The notes: generated by a model not told the origin, from the sequence alone. Shown: positions 16,527-25,585, counted from the stretch's first letter. The stretch is 64,000 nt of DNA from Candidatus Bathyarchaeota archaeon (GCA_963782525.1 CAWAKC010000004.1:117528-181527); one strand, 5' to 3'. A program made the numbers and translations.

Positions 16527-18982
16527 GTAATTCACAAACACCCACTAAACAAACAGAAACATGCGTTGCTTGCAAACCTGAAGAGTTTTTGCGAGTTGGC
16601 GTTTTCGTTTGCCACTGCGGCTTAAACATTGCAGGAACAGTAGACGTTAAAGCCGTAGCCGAATACGCCAAAACTATTCCAGACGTGGTTTTTGTTAAAG
16701 AAAACCGTTACACCTGCGCAGACCCTGGACAAGCAGAAATCCGCAAAGCCATCAAAGAACAAAACCTAAACCGTGTAGTCATCGCCGCATGCTCACCAAG
16801 AATGCATGAACCCACCTTCCGCCGAACAGTCTCTGAAGCAGGCTTAAACCCGTTCCTCTACGAAATGGCAAACATCAGAGAATTCGCTTCATGGTGCCAC
16901 CAAAGCGACCCCCAAGCCGCAACCGAACGAGCCAAAGACTCTGTACGCATGGCAGTCGCAAAAGTACGCCTGATGCAGCCTCTGCAAACCATCGAAGTTC
17001 CAGTTACCAACAAAGCACTTATCATAGGCGGCGGAATCGCAGGCATGAACGCAGCCTTAGATTTAGCCGAAATGGGCTACAAAGTCTACATGTTAGAGAA
17101 CACCCAGAGCATCGGCGGACACATGGCGGCACTCGACAAAACTTTCCCCACCCTCGACTGTAGCATCTGCATCGAAGGACCAAAAATGGTAGACTGCGCA
17201 CGTCACCCAAACATCACAATCTTCGCAAACTCAGAACTAGTCAAAGTTGACGGTTACATCGGCAACTTCAAAGTAAAAATACGCAAAAACGCCCGCTACG
17301 TCCTAACCGACAAATGCACAGGCTGCGGCGAATGCAAAGACGCTTGCCCAATCGAGTACCCCAACGAATGGGACATGAATTTGGGCACACGGAAAGCAAT
17401 TTCTGTTCCCTTCGACCAGACTGTGCCGCTGATTTACTCGATCAACCGCGATTACTGCATTGAATGCTTCAAATGCACGGAAGCCTGCGGCGAACGCCAA
17501 GCCATCGACTTCAACCAAAAACCTGAAGAAGTCGAGTTTGATGTGGGCGCAATCATCGTTTCCACTGGCTTTGATATTTACCTGCCCTATGACATGCCTT
17601 TGCTTGGCTACGGGAAATACCCCGACGTCATCACAAGCATGGAATTCGAACGATTAATCCTAGCCGCTGGACCCACAGGCGGCAAAGTTATCCGCCAATC
17701 CGACGGACAAAAACCACACAAAATCGTCTTTATCCAATGTGTCGGTAGCCGAGACAAAACCCACTACCCTTACTGCTGCAACTTCGGATGCATGTACACC
17801 CTCAAACACGTGGTACAGCTTAAGGAGAAGTACAAAGAAGACATAGAAGTCTACGTTTTCTACATGGACATCCGCAGTCCAGGCAAAGGCTACGAAGAAT
17901 TCTATGACCGCGCAAGGGAACGAGGCGTAAACTTCATTCGTGGACGAGTTAGCCGTATCGATGAAGACCCTAAAACCCACAACTTAACCGTTCACTCAGA
18001 AGATACACTGCTAGGGACACCCATCGAAGTTGAAGCCGACATGGTTGTTCTAGCAACTGCAGCTATACCCAAGAAAGGCTCTGAAGACATTGCTCGTATC
18101 CTTAACCTCTCAAGGGGTTCAGACGGCTTCTTCATGGAAGCACACCCCAAACTTAAACCCATGGATGCACCCACTGACGGAGTATTCTATGCCGGTGCAT
18201 GTGTAGGCTTAAAGGATATACCAGCCAGTGTTTCCCAAGGAAGCGGAGCAGCATCCCGGGCAGCAACAGTAATCAGCAAACCAAAATGGAAGATCGAACC
18301 CATCATCTCAGTCATTGACGAAACCAAATGCAAGAGTTGCGGTCTCTGCGTCGACAAATGTCCCTACGGCGCAATAAGGTTAGAAAAGCCAAAATCAGCA
18401 CAAATAATTACTGCAAGCTGTCATGGCTGCGGAACATGCGTAGCCGAATGCCCACAACACGCCATTACTCAAATGCACTTCACTGACGCACAAATCATAG
18501 CTCAAATCCGGGCGGCGCTTGAAGATAAGCCCGAAGAAAAAATCCTTGCCATCCTCTGCAACTGGTGCAGTTACGCAGGGGCAGACCTTGCAGGCATTAG
18601 CAGATGTGACTACCCAGCCAGCGTAAGAGCAATCCGTGTCATGTGCAGTGGAAGAGTTGCCAGAGAATTTGTTCTCGAAGCCCTCAGATTGGGTGCAGGA
18701 ATGGTTCTTCTCGGCGCGTGCCACTTACCATACGACTGCCACTACATCAGCGGAAACTACAAGATGAAAGCCCGTACTGATGCCCTCAAAGGTATGCTGA
18801 CCAAATTGGGTATGAGCCCCGAGCGGTTCCGAGTAGAATACGTTTCAGCAGCAGAAGGCATCCACTACGCTGAAGTAATCAAGGAAATCGATGCTGACAT
18901 GAAGGCTTTGGGTAAAGAGAAGATTCAAGCAGAAAACGCCAAGTTAAAGCCAATTCTTGAAAACATGCTTAAACGCAAATAA
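16523..18982 (+). CDS. hdrA: Heterodisulfide reductase subunit A fused to MvhD
   Basis: VGVFVCHCG, ACSPRMHE, GGGIAG FAD motif, LDKTFPTLDC, CVGSRD, CCNFGCM; C-terminal CNWCSYAGAD/RVMCSGRV/CHY MvhD domain. Confidence 0.95.
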   Translation: MSNSQTPTKQTETCVACKPEEFLRVGVFVCHCGLNIAGTVDVKAVAEYAKTIPDVVFVKENRYTCADPGQAEIRKAIKEQNLNRVVIAACSPRMHEPTFRRTVSEAGLNPFLYEMANIREFASWCHQSDPQAATERAKDSVRMAVAKVRLMQPLQTIEVPVTNKALIIGGGIAGMNAALDLAEMGYKVYMLENTQSIGGHMAALDKTFPTLDCSICIEGPKMVDCARHPNITIFANSELVKVDGYIGNFKVKIRKNARYVLTDKCTGCGECKDACPIEYPNEWDMNLGTRKAISVPFDQTVPLIYSINRDYCIECFKCTEACGERQAIDFNQKPEEVEFDVGAIIVSTGFDIYLPYDMPLLGYGKYPDVITSMEFERLILAAGPTGGKVIRQSDGQKPHKIVFIQCVGSRDKTHYPYCCNFGCMYTLKHVVQLKEKYKEDIEVYVFYMDIRSPGKGYEEFYDRARERGVNFIRGRVSRIDEDPKTHNLTVHSEDTLLGTPIEVEADMVVLATAAIPKKGSEDIARILNLSRGSDGFFMEAHPKLKPMDAPTDGVFYAGACVGLKDIPASVSQGSGAASRAATVISKPKWKIEPIISVIDETKCKSCGLCVDKCPYGAIRLEKPKSAQIITASCHGCGTCVAECPQHAITQMHFTDAQIIAQIRAALEDKPEEKILAILCNWCSYAGADLAGISRCDYPASVRAIRVMCSGRVAREFVLEALRLGAGMVLLGACHLPYDCHYISGNYKMKARTDALKGMLTKLGMSPERFRVEYVSAAEGIHYAEVIKEIDADMKALGKEKIQAENAKLKPILENMLKRK

Positions 18983-19054
18983 GCAATTTCCGCTGCCTTC
19001 TTTTTCTTTTTAAGTTTTTGCCTATTAGCTACTCGTGGTAGAATAGTTGTCTTG

Positions 19055-19720
19055 TTAGAACTGTTTTCTCTCAAACAAAGCTACCGCCGCCAACAGCAAC
19101 ACCGTAGCTACAATTGCCGCTAACACAATTGTAAACACAGCAGCCTCTTGAACGTTAAGCAACGTTGGCAGTAACGGTATGACTGAAATCTGGTTTCCTC
19201 CATAGATAACTAAGATGGCTCCGATGAGAACTGATGGCGAGGCCACTCCGATTAGTACGCCTGCCGCACATGAAACCGCAATCATCGACAGGCTCGTTGC
19301 CAAAGATTGCCCTGCGTTGTTCAAAATTGCATTAGACAAGGTGCCTGTAGAGGCATAATCCGTTATCATCCCAGCTAACACTGCGATGCCGCTCGCGATG
19401 GCTACGCAAGTGTATACTGAGAAGAATTTTGCCAGTAGAATATCTCTTCGTTTGAGGGGGCGGATCAAGAAGAGGTCGTAGACGTGCCTGTTTTTTTCGT
19501 TGATTATGAATACAGCAAGCATTACTGCAGCTAAGGTGCCGCCGATACTTGAAACCACCAAAGCAGAGATAAGTGTAAATGAAAGACTCTGCCCCGTACT
19601 GCCCTCTGAGAGAGGGCGGAACAGCAACGCAATAACGGGTAAGCCAACCCATAGGAAAATCATAACTTTAGACTTGTAGAAGCCCCGTAGCTCATCTACA
19701 AAAAGAAGACCTGTCTTCAT
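19055..19720 (-). CDS. ABC-2 type exporter permease
   Basis: Six TM segments, EK...LFLIRPLKRRDILLAKF motif, coupled to the ATPase gene. Confidence 0.88.
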   Translation of the reverse strand: MKTGLLFVDELRGFYKSKVMIFLWVGLPVIALLFRPLSEGSTGQSLSFTLISALVVSSIGGTLAAVMLAVFIINEKNRHVYDLFLIRPLKRRDILLAKFFSVYTCVAIASGIAVLAGMITDYASTGTLSNAILNNAGQSLATSLSMIAVSCAAGVLIGVASPSVLIGAILVIYGGNQISVIPLLPTLLNVQEAAVFTIVLAAIVATVLLLAAVALFERKQF

Positions 19721-20685
19721 TAGTTCTCAGCCTCCGAAACATAGTTAAGGTAAATTTCATCCAGCGAAGGCTCCAGCAACGAGACGCCCCGTACACGAAG
19801 GCCCAACTTGACTATGCTTTGAACTATGTCGTTAACAACTTGGTCATCATCTGCCTCTGATTCCAAATGGACAAGGATTCTTCCCGGCGTAGGTTGCTCA
19901 ACGATCTTTACGTTTTTGATTGCACCAAATTGTTGCCATTTATCGCTAACAAACGAAAGCAGCACCTGAACGGTCTTTTGGGATACTAAGCGGTTTTTTA
20001 ACTCGTTTAGTGTGCCGACTTGCTTGATTTTTCCGTGGCTGATGATGCCGATCCTGTCGGCGACATCTTGCACGTCGCTTAGGATATGCGAAGAAAATAG
20101 GCTGGTAGTCCCCTTTTTAGCCAACTTCAAGACAATCTCTTTAAACTGGAAGCGACTCAGCGGGTCCAATCCGCCCAGTGGCTCATCCAAAACCAAAAAC
20201 TTTGGCTCATGCAAAAGGGCCTGTGCCAACCCCACCTTCTGCACCATACCTCCAGACAACTGCGAAACCTTTTTGTGTTGTGCTTCGGCTAATCCGAGTA
20301 AACCCAAAATTTCGGGGATACGTTCTTCAACTTTTTGGTCGCTGAGACCTGAGAGTTTCCCAAACGTTGTAAGTGCTTGGTCGACGGTGCGCCACTCTTG
20401 GAAAGCTACACTCTGAGGCAGGTAACCGAGAAGTTTGTGGATTTCGTCTTTTCTTTTGGGCACCTGGTAGCCGCCTATCGAAACTTCACCTTGAAAATCG
20501 GTGATTAAGCCCACAAGGATTTTCATGGTTGTTGTTTTTCCAGCGCCGTTTGGACCGATGTAACCGAAGATTTCCCCTTCTTTAATATCAAAGGACACAT
20601 CGTTTAGGGCGGGGAAACCGCCGAAGCTTTTGGCAAGGTTGCGGATGACGACGAATTCATTGGTGTTGTTGGGGCTGCTGGTCAT
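19720..20685 (-). CDS. ABC exporter ATP-binding protein
   Basis: GPNGAGKTT, LSGGM, LVLDEP, SSH. Confidence 0.95.
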   Translation of the reverse strand: MTSSPNNTNEFVVIRNLAKSFGGFPALNDVSFDIKEGEIFGYIGPNGAGKTTTMKILVGLITDFQGEVSIGGYQVPKRKDEIHKLLGYLPQSVAFQEWRTVDQALTTFGKLSGLSDQKVEERIPEILGLLGLAEAQHKKVSQLSGGMVQKVGLAQALLHEPKFLVLDEPLGGLDPLSRFQFKEIVLKLAKKGTTSLFSSHILSDVQDVADRIGIISHGKIKQVGTLNELKNRLVSQKTVQVLLSFVSDKWQQFGAIKNVKIVEQPTPGRILVHLESEADDDQVVNDIVQSIVKLGLRVRGVSLLEPSLDEIYLNYVSEAEN

Positions 20686-20859
20686 GTTGGTTCACGCTGG
20701 TTGCTTTATCTTTTTTGTGGGGTTACCATTTAAGTTTTTCAGTTTGAAACAGCTAATACCAACTACCGCTCTTAGAGTTTTTCTAAAAAATGGTTATTTT
20801 TTCAGTGTAAATATTTTTACGGGTGCCTGCTCAAGTATTGGTTTACTGCCTAGCAGGGT

Positions 20860-20887
20860 GGGGTTGTAGTCTAGACAGGTATGACGA
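20860..20887 (+). pseudogene. Orphan tRNA 5' fragment (acceptor 5' strand plus D-arm), tRNA-Trp-like
   Basis: GGGGTTG TA GTCT AGACAGGT ATGAC G; near-identical to the 5' end of the tRNA-Trp; followed by ATACCTG, an inverted copy of CAGGTAT. Confidence 0.6.
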
Positions 20888-21098
20888 TACCTGACAGAAT
20901 TTCTGCAACACCTACCAGAATTTTTCAGCCCTTAGGGCTCAATTTAGAAATAGAAACAGTACTATTCTTAGCCACGTCAGACGAATGGATAAGCAAAGTA
21001 TCCTATAGCTTAGAAGAAGAACGCTACTATTCGAAGCAGGCTTTCAATTAGTTAGAAGGTAAAAGAAATAAAAGCACTCTATAAGAAAAGAAAATAAA

Positions 21099-21238
21099 TG
21101 GTGGGGCTGATCGGATTTGAACCGATGACCAACGGGTTTCCCCAAAGTAGACCGCTCCAGAATTTCGTCATCCCCTAACGGGTCAAGCAATCAATGCTTT
21201 CTGGAGCCCGCCGTACTACCTGGCTATACTACAACCCC
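21099..21238 (-). tRNA. tRNA-Trp(CCA) with 63-nt intron at 37/38 (intron 21138-21200), CCA encoded
   Basis: GGGGTTG/CAGCCCC acceptor, GCGGG-CT-CCA-G anticodon arm, ATCGG-TTCAAAT-CCGAT T-arm; BHB with CTCC/GGGG helix and AGA and AAA bulges; T-rich tract downstream. Confidence 0.96.
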
Positions 21239-21267
21239 ACGTTATTTTTAGAAAGATACGAGAAGAA

Positions 21268-21276
21268 TTATAAAAA
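21268..21276 (-). promoter_or_regulatory. TATA box of tRNA-Trp
   Basis: TTTTTATAA about 30 nt upstream of G1. Confidence 0.55.
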
Positions 21277-21433
21277 GGCACCTACCAAAATAAGAAACGA
21301 AAATAGGGTGAGTCATTTCCGCTCCGCATGCGCTCCATCAACAAACCCCAAAAATTTTTTGCCCCCAGGCAAGCAGAGACAGAGAGAAACACCGAAACAA
21401 AACAAGAGACACAGAAAGAACTAAGGCTAATGG

Positions 21434-21592
21434 CAGGTATGACGACGGGCTCTGAAAGCAACCATACAACGGGTTTGCTGACTCCGCGAGGAGAATGACG
21501 AATTTCCGGAGCGGTCATGAAGAAACCCGTAAACTTTGGCTTAGCGCCATCGTTGGGTAAAGGTCGTCCGTTCAAATCCGGCCGGCCCACCA
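21434..21592 (+). pseudogene. 5'-truncated tRNA-like gene (Trp-like body) with two BHB-type introns (about 21456-21524 and 21531-21560)
   Basis: CAGGT ATGAC G ACGGG CT CTG A...A CCCGT [intron] AGGTC GTCCG TTCAAAT CCGGC CGGCCC A CCA; second intron has ACCC/GGGT helix, GTA and AAA bulges and AAC/GTT outer helix; no acceptor 5' strand directly upstream. Confidence 0.78.
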
Positions 21593-21624
21593 CAAAGCTG
21601 GCAGATTTCTACAAAAAATAGTTT

Positions 21625-22158
21625 CTAAAGGTCTACGCCCATGTTCTCGATTAACCTATCTAAGGCTTTAGTACTCATCATTTCAGTTTGAAGATAAACC
21701 CGAATTTCAGCAGCGCTAAATCCGATGCGTTTAGCTTCTTTCACAGCGTAGCGGTATGCTTCAATTTCTGTTGGTCTGTCAGCATAGTCGTAGCGGGGAT
21801 CAAACAATTCTCTTCCGTCCATATGCTGCTTCACATGGCAAAGTTCATGGACAATGTCGAGATATATGTCCTGTTTGCGTCCAGTGCTTAGGTAACGTTT
21901 GTTTACGAGTAAGTGTCCGTCGCTGTCGTCGACACCCATGTATCCAAACCAGATGAAATCTACTTTGAGGTTTTTGAGAACTTGCTCGGTTTCTTTCCCA
22001 AATATTCCTTGGACAGCATGGTTTTTTTCAAAGCCCCGAAAATAATCTGTAAAATTTGCTTTCCGCGAAACCAGATGAATGATTCCCCTCAAGGGCAGCT
22101 TAGTGAACAGGCGAAAAATTCGCATCATTATGTATTCTGTTGCGTTTTGGAATGACAC
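21625..22158 (-). CDS. Putative zincin-like metallopeptidase
   Basis: IVHELCHVKQH (HExxH) with downstream TEIEAY. Confidence 0.65.
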   Translation of the reverse strand: MSFQNATEYIMMRIFRLFTKLPLRGIIHLVSRKANFTDYFRGFEKNHAVQGIFGKETEQVLKNLKVDFIWFGYMGVDDSDGHLLVNKRYLSTGRKQDIYLDIVHELCHVKQHMDGRELFDPRYDYADRPTEIEAYRYAVKEAKRIGFSAAEIRVYLQTEMMSTKALDRLIENMGVDL

Positions 22159-22320
22159 AGAAAGTATCCTACCCGAAGTTTGTATAGGCGCAGATTTTTA
22201 GCGAATCCAAGTCTTAGCACCGGCAGATGCTTCATGTACCGAGTTTTAATTTAAAATACTTTTCCAAAGACAGCGTAGCAACACAGAATGGCATGGAAGA
22301 CTTAGTCTGCGCCAGAGATT

Positions 22321-22581
22321 TTAGAAGAAGCCATTTTCAGACTCTTCGTGTCTTTCCTTGTATTTCTTTACGATTTGCGCAACAAAATCGTCGGCGCATC
22401 TTCCCTGCTTGGAGCAGTTTCGACAGGCTTTTGGCACTGAGATGATAACAGCCGCATTGCCTAGAAAATAGTCGATTCTTAGGTTTCTTATTTTGCATTT
22501 TTTTATCGCGCGATTTGGCTGAACGGTGGTTATACCGAATTTTGCCTTTGCCTCAACTAATTCTTTGAAGAGTTCACCCAA
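22321..22581 (-). CDS. Small hypothetical protein with CxxC-x4-C
   Basis: 86 aa, TTG start, CRNCSKQGRC; start uncertain. Confidence 0.4.
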   Translation of the reverse strand: MGELFKELVEAKAKFGITTVQPNRAIKKCKIRNLRIDYFLGNAAVIISVPKACRNCSKQGRCADDFVAQIVKKYKERHEESENGFF

Positions 22582-22983
22582 AAAAGTCGTCCCTTGCGAT
22601 TTGAAAAATCCACGAAGTATCCGTCTCCGAGTTTTTTGATTATTGGCTTTTTCTCTCCTTGAAACGTAGTATTGGCAAACAAAAGTGGTTTTGTAGATTT
22701 AAAATGTTGTGGTTGTATACAAACAATCACAAACCTAAAAAAATTAGGAAAAAATGCTACATCTTAACAATTTTTAGCCACTACAAAAGCCTCGCGTATT
22801 TTTTGATGGTTCTCTAAAACATTCACGACCTCGTGAGCTTCAAGTTTAGTGGATAATGAAGTATTTGGGACAACTAAAATTCCCACGGTCGCGGCTACGA
22901 ACCTAAACATGCAGATGACTCCCTCTCATTGAGTATACCTTTTAAGCAGCCGCATCGTAAGGTTTGCGAAGAAGAGATAATCA

Positions 22984-23925
22984 ATGCCATCAATAGAAGC
23001 AATTAATTTAACAAAACAGTACGGCGCATTCACAGCTCTCTCAGATTTAAACTTGAAGATTGAGGGAACAAAATGCGTCGGTTTCCTTGGACCTAACGGG
23101 GCAGGAAAAACAACCGCTCTAAAAATGTTCACCGACCTGATCAAACCAACCAAAGGGCAAGCACTCATAAACGGCGTAAACGTGCACACCCACAAGAAAA
23201 AAGCACTTGAATGCGTTGGCACACTTATTGAAACTCCAGAAATTTATTCATCACTTACGCCAAGAGAAGCCTTAACGATGATTGCGGAAATACGGGGAAT
23301 TCCACATGCTGAGAGAAAAAAACGAGTGGAAGAAGTTACTGCGGAATTGCGCATGGAAGAGTGGATTGATAAGCGTGTAGGCAAGTTTTCTAAGGGCATG
23401 AAACAGCGAATCTGCATTGCCTCTGCATTACTAGGTGACCCAGAAGTGATTCTTTTAGATGAACCCACCACAGGGCTTGACCCGCGAGGCATGAGTGAAG
23501 TCCGCGATATCATCAAAGGGCTCAAAGGCAAAAACCGCCTAATATTCATGAGCTCCCACATTCTAAGCGAGGTTTCTGATGTCTGTGATGAAGTTGCCAT
23601 GATAAACCATGGCAAACTTATCGTTTACGACACCCTGCCTCATGTGACCGCAAAGTTTTCAGGCGGAAACAACATCGTCGAAGTTGGATTGGTGCGTCCA
23701 GTAGACATACAAATCGTAACCCAAACCATCGCTGCCTTGCCAGATGTGGTTACTGCCGAAAAAATAGGCGACAAAGACCTCAAGATAAGTTTCAGTGGGG
23801 GTTTAGCTGTGCAGGAACGTCTCCTAAACAACATAGTTAAACTTAACATTGGTGTTGTAAGCTACAAAGCTGCGTCATCTGAACTTGAAGATGTATATCT
23901 TAAACTTATAACCGCTACGTTGTGA
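22984..23925 (+). CDS. ABC exporter ATP-binding protein
   Basis: GPNGAGKTT, FSKGMKQR, LLDEPTTGLDP, SSH. Confidence 0.95.
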   Translation: MPSIEAINLTKQYGAFTALSDLNLKIEGTKCVGFLGPNGAGKTTALKMFTDLIKPTKGQALINGVNVHTHKKKALECVGTLIETPEIYSSLTPREALTMIAEIRGIPHAERKKRVEEVTAELRMEEWIDKRVGKFSKGMKQRICIASALLGDPEVILLDEPTTGLDPRGMSEVRDIIKGLKGKNRLIFMSSHILSEVSDVCDEVAMINHGKLIVYDTLPHVTAKFSGGNNIVEVGLVRPVDIQIVTQTIAALPDVVTAEKIGDKDLKISFSGGLAVQERLLNNIVKLNIGVVSYKAASSELEDVYLKLITATL

Positions 23926-24785
23926 TAGTTATGACCCAAACAAACTTTGAATCAAAAAATGTTGTACCAAGCAGTATTGCCCAGGTAGGCATAATCACCA
24001 AGTACACTCTACTTGACTACATAAGGTCCCGTCGCTTCTTTATTATGCTGATTATAACAGCGCTGATAAGTGTGCTTCTCACGGTTCTTGTGGGATATTA
24101 CCGTCCAGCTGGCTTTCTAACGTCTGAGCTTGGCTTCTACAGTAGCTGGTGGGGCACCTCAGTTACGTTTGTGATTATTCTTTCCGGAATTTTCTTTGGC
24201 GGCGATGCAATTTCAGGTGAATTCCAAAACAAAACAGGGTACTTTGGAGTGCCAAACCCCATCAGGCGGTCATCCATCTATATAGGAAAATGGATCGCAG
24301 CCTTTATAGCGTCAATCGCCATCCTTGGTGTATTCACAGCTGTCACATTAGGGAACGGCTTATACTATTTCTCAGGTGTGCCCTATCAATTCGGTGAGTC
24401 ACTGCTGTTCGCATTGCTATACCTTATTGCTGTTCTTGGCTTCACATTCTTCTTTAGCTCACTTTTCAAAAGCAGCTCCATGTCTATCCTGCTTACGGCG
24501 ATACTGTTCCTGTTCGTCTTCACACTAATACAACAACTTGTCGCTGGGCTTGTCCAAATTGAGCCTTGGTTCATCTTGACATATGGCTCCCAAATCATCG
24601 GCAACGTATTAACATCGCCCTATCCACCCCACATAACCACAACCAGCCTACGTCCTGGCGGTGGCGGACCCACACTAACAACATACAACGCAACAATCCC
24701 CGAAGGACTCGCAATCATGGCAATATACTTCGCTGTCACCGCAATCTTAGGCTTGATTCTCTTCGAAAGAAAAGAATTCAACTAA
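23922..24785 (+). CDS. ABC-2 type exporter permease
   Basis: ISGEFQNKTGYF...PIRRSSIYIGKW motif, multiple TMs, GTGA overlap with the ATPase. Confidence 0.9.
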   Translation: MIVMTQTNFESKNVVPSSIAQVGIITKYTLLDYIRSRRFFIMLIITALISVLLTVLVGYYRPAGFLTSELGFYSSWWGTSVTFVIILSGIFFGGDAISGEFQNKTGYFGVPNPIRRSSIYIGKWIAAFIASIAILGVFTAVTLGNGLYYFSGVPYQFGESLLFALLYLIAVLGFTFFFSSLFKSSSMSILLTAILFLFVFTLIQQLVAGLVQIEPWFILTYGSQIIGNVLTSPYPPHITTTSLRPGGGGPTLTTYNATIPEGLAIMAIYFAVTAILGLILFERKEFN

Positions 24786-24793
24786 ACCAAACG

Positions 24794-24821
24794 GTCGGTT
24801 CAAATCCGACCTACCCCACCA
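24794..24821 (+). repeat. Orphan tRNA 3' fragment (T-arm, acceptor 3' strand, ACCA); att-like
   Basis: GTCGG TTCAAAT CCGAC CTACCCC A CCA, 8 nt after the permease stop; 23 of 28 positions match 21566-21592 in direct orientation. Confidence 0.75.
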
Positions 24822-24991
24822 ACATTAACACAAAATTTTCCTTGAACTAAGTAAAAGCAGGAAATTTAATAACGGTATAGATTTTATCATTTGTAAGGAT
24901 CATGAGTGCGGAAAAAAACCATTCAAGCCAGGGCTACTTAGGCAGCATTCAGAAAGACTTCGCCAATTTCGCTAAGCAACAATGCATTAAG

Positions 24992-25576
24992 TTATGTCTT
25001 GACGGTTTTTAGCCACTCTAAAAAGCCCTCACGCACCTTCGCAGGGTTCTCAAACACACGCACATCTTCAGTGCCTTCAAGCCTTCGTACCTGCTCGGCT
25101 TCTTCTTTGCGTACACGAATTTTCATTTCTTTACCGTTGGGCAGTTTGGTTAAGATGACGCTTTCTTTGTAGTCTACGGGCATGATCCAGACAGGCACAA
25201 ATGCTTTAAGGCTCATCAGCGCCGAGTTTGTGAGCAGGGTGTCGCCGATGCCGTTGACCAGTTTCGCAACGGTGTTTGAGGATGTGGGCATTATGAGGAG
25301 GAACTTGTATTTGTGGTTCTGCATCATGCCTGCGAGGAAGGGCGAATTCGAATTTAATTCAACAAATACTTTGGCGAAACTTTTCTTTAGCTCCTCGTCG
25401 AGGTGGTAGAATTTGAGCATGGTTTCGCCTGCTTTAGAGATATAAACATCAATTTCTACTGTGTCTTCGGATTGTTTTTTGAGGTCTTTCATGACTTCGA
25501 TGATTTCTGCGATTTTGTCGCCTGCACCCGTAATTCCCCATGCAACTTTGAGTTTCTTAACTTTAACTTCCGCCAT
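24992..25576 (-). CDS. afpA: Archaeoflavoprotein AfpA-like (HFCD flavoprotein family)
   Basis: VAWGITGAG, ISKAG, PTSSNTVAKLVNGIGDTL, WIMPVD. Confidence 0.8.
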   Translation of the reverse strand: MAEVKVKKLKVAWGITGAGDKIAEIIEVMKDLKKQSEDTVEIDVYISKAGETMLKFYHLDEELKKSFAKVFVELNSNSPFLAGMMQNHKYKFLLIMPTSSNTVAKLVNGIGDTLLTNSALMSLKAFVPVWIMPVDYKESVILTKLPNGKEMKIRVRKEEAEQVRRLEGTEDVRVFENPAKVREGFLEWLKTVKT

Positions 25577-25585
25577 AACATTCAC

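Noticed and set aside
20881-21051. 56-aa ORF starting at an ATG inside the tRNA 5' fragment (possible SSV-type split integrase remnant)
   Set aside because: No tyrosine-recombinase residues recognisable; length compatible with chance
20860-21592. Giant intron, permuted tRNA or trans-spliced tRNA explanation for the split pieces
   Set aside because: No BHB can be drawn at any junction in the 12-nt overlap, no 5' half lies downstream, and leader complementarity is limited to a short AGCC(C)TTAG/CTAAGGCT match
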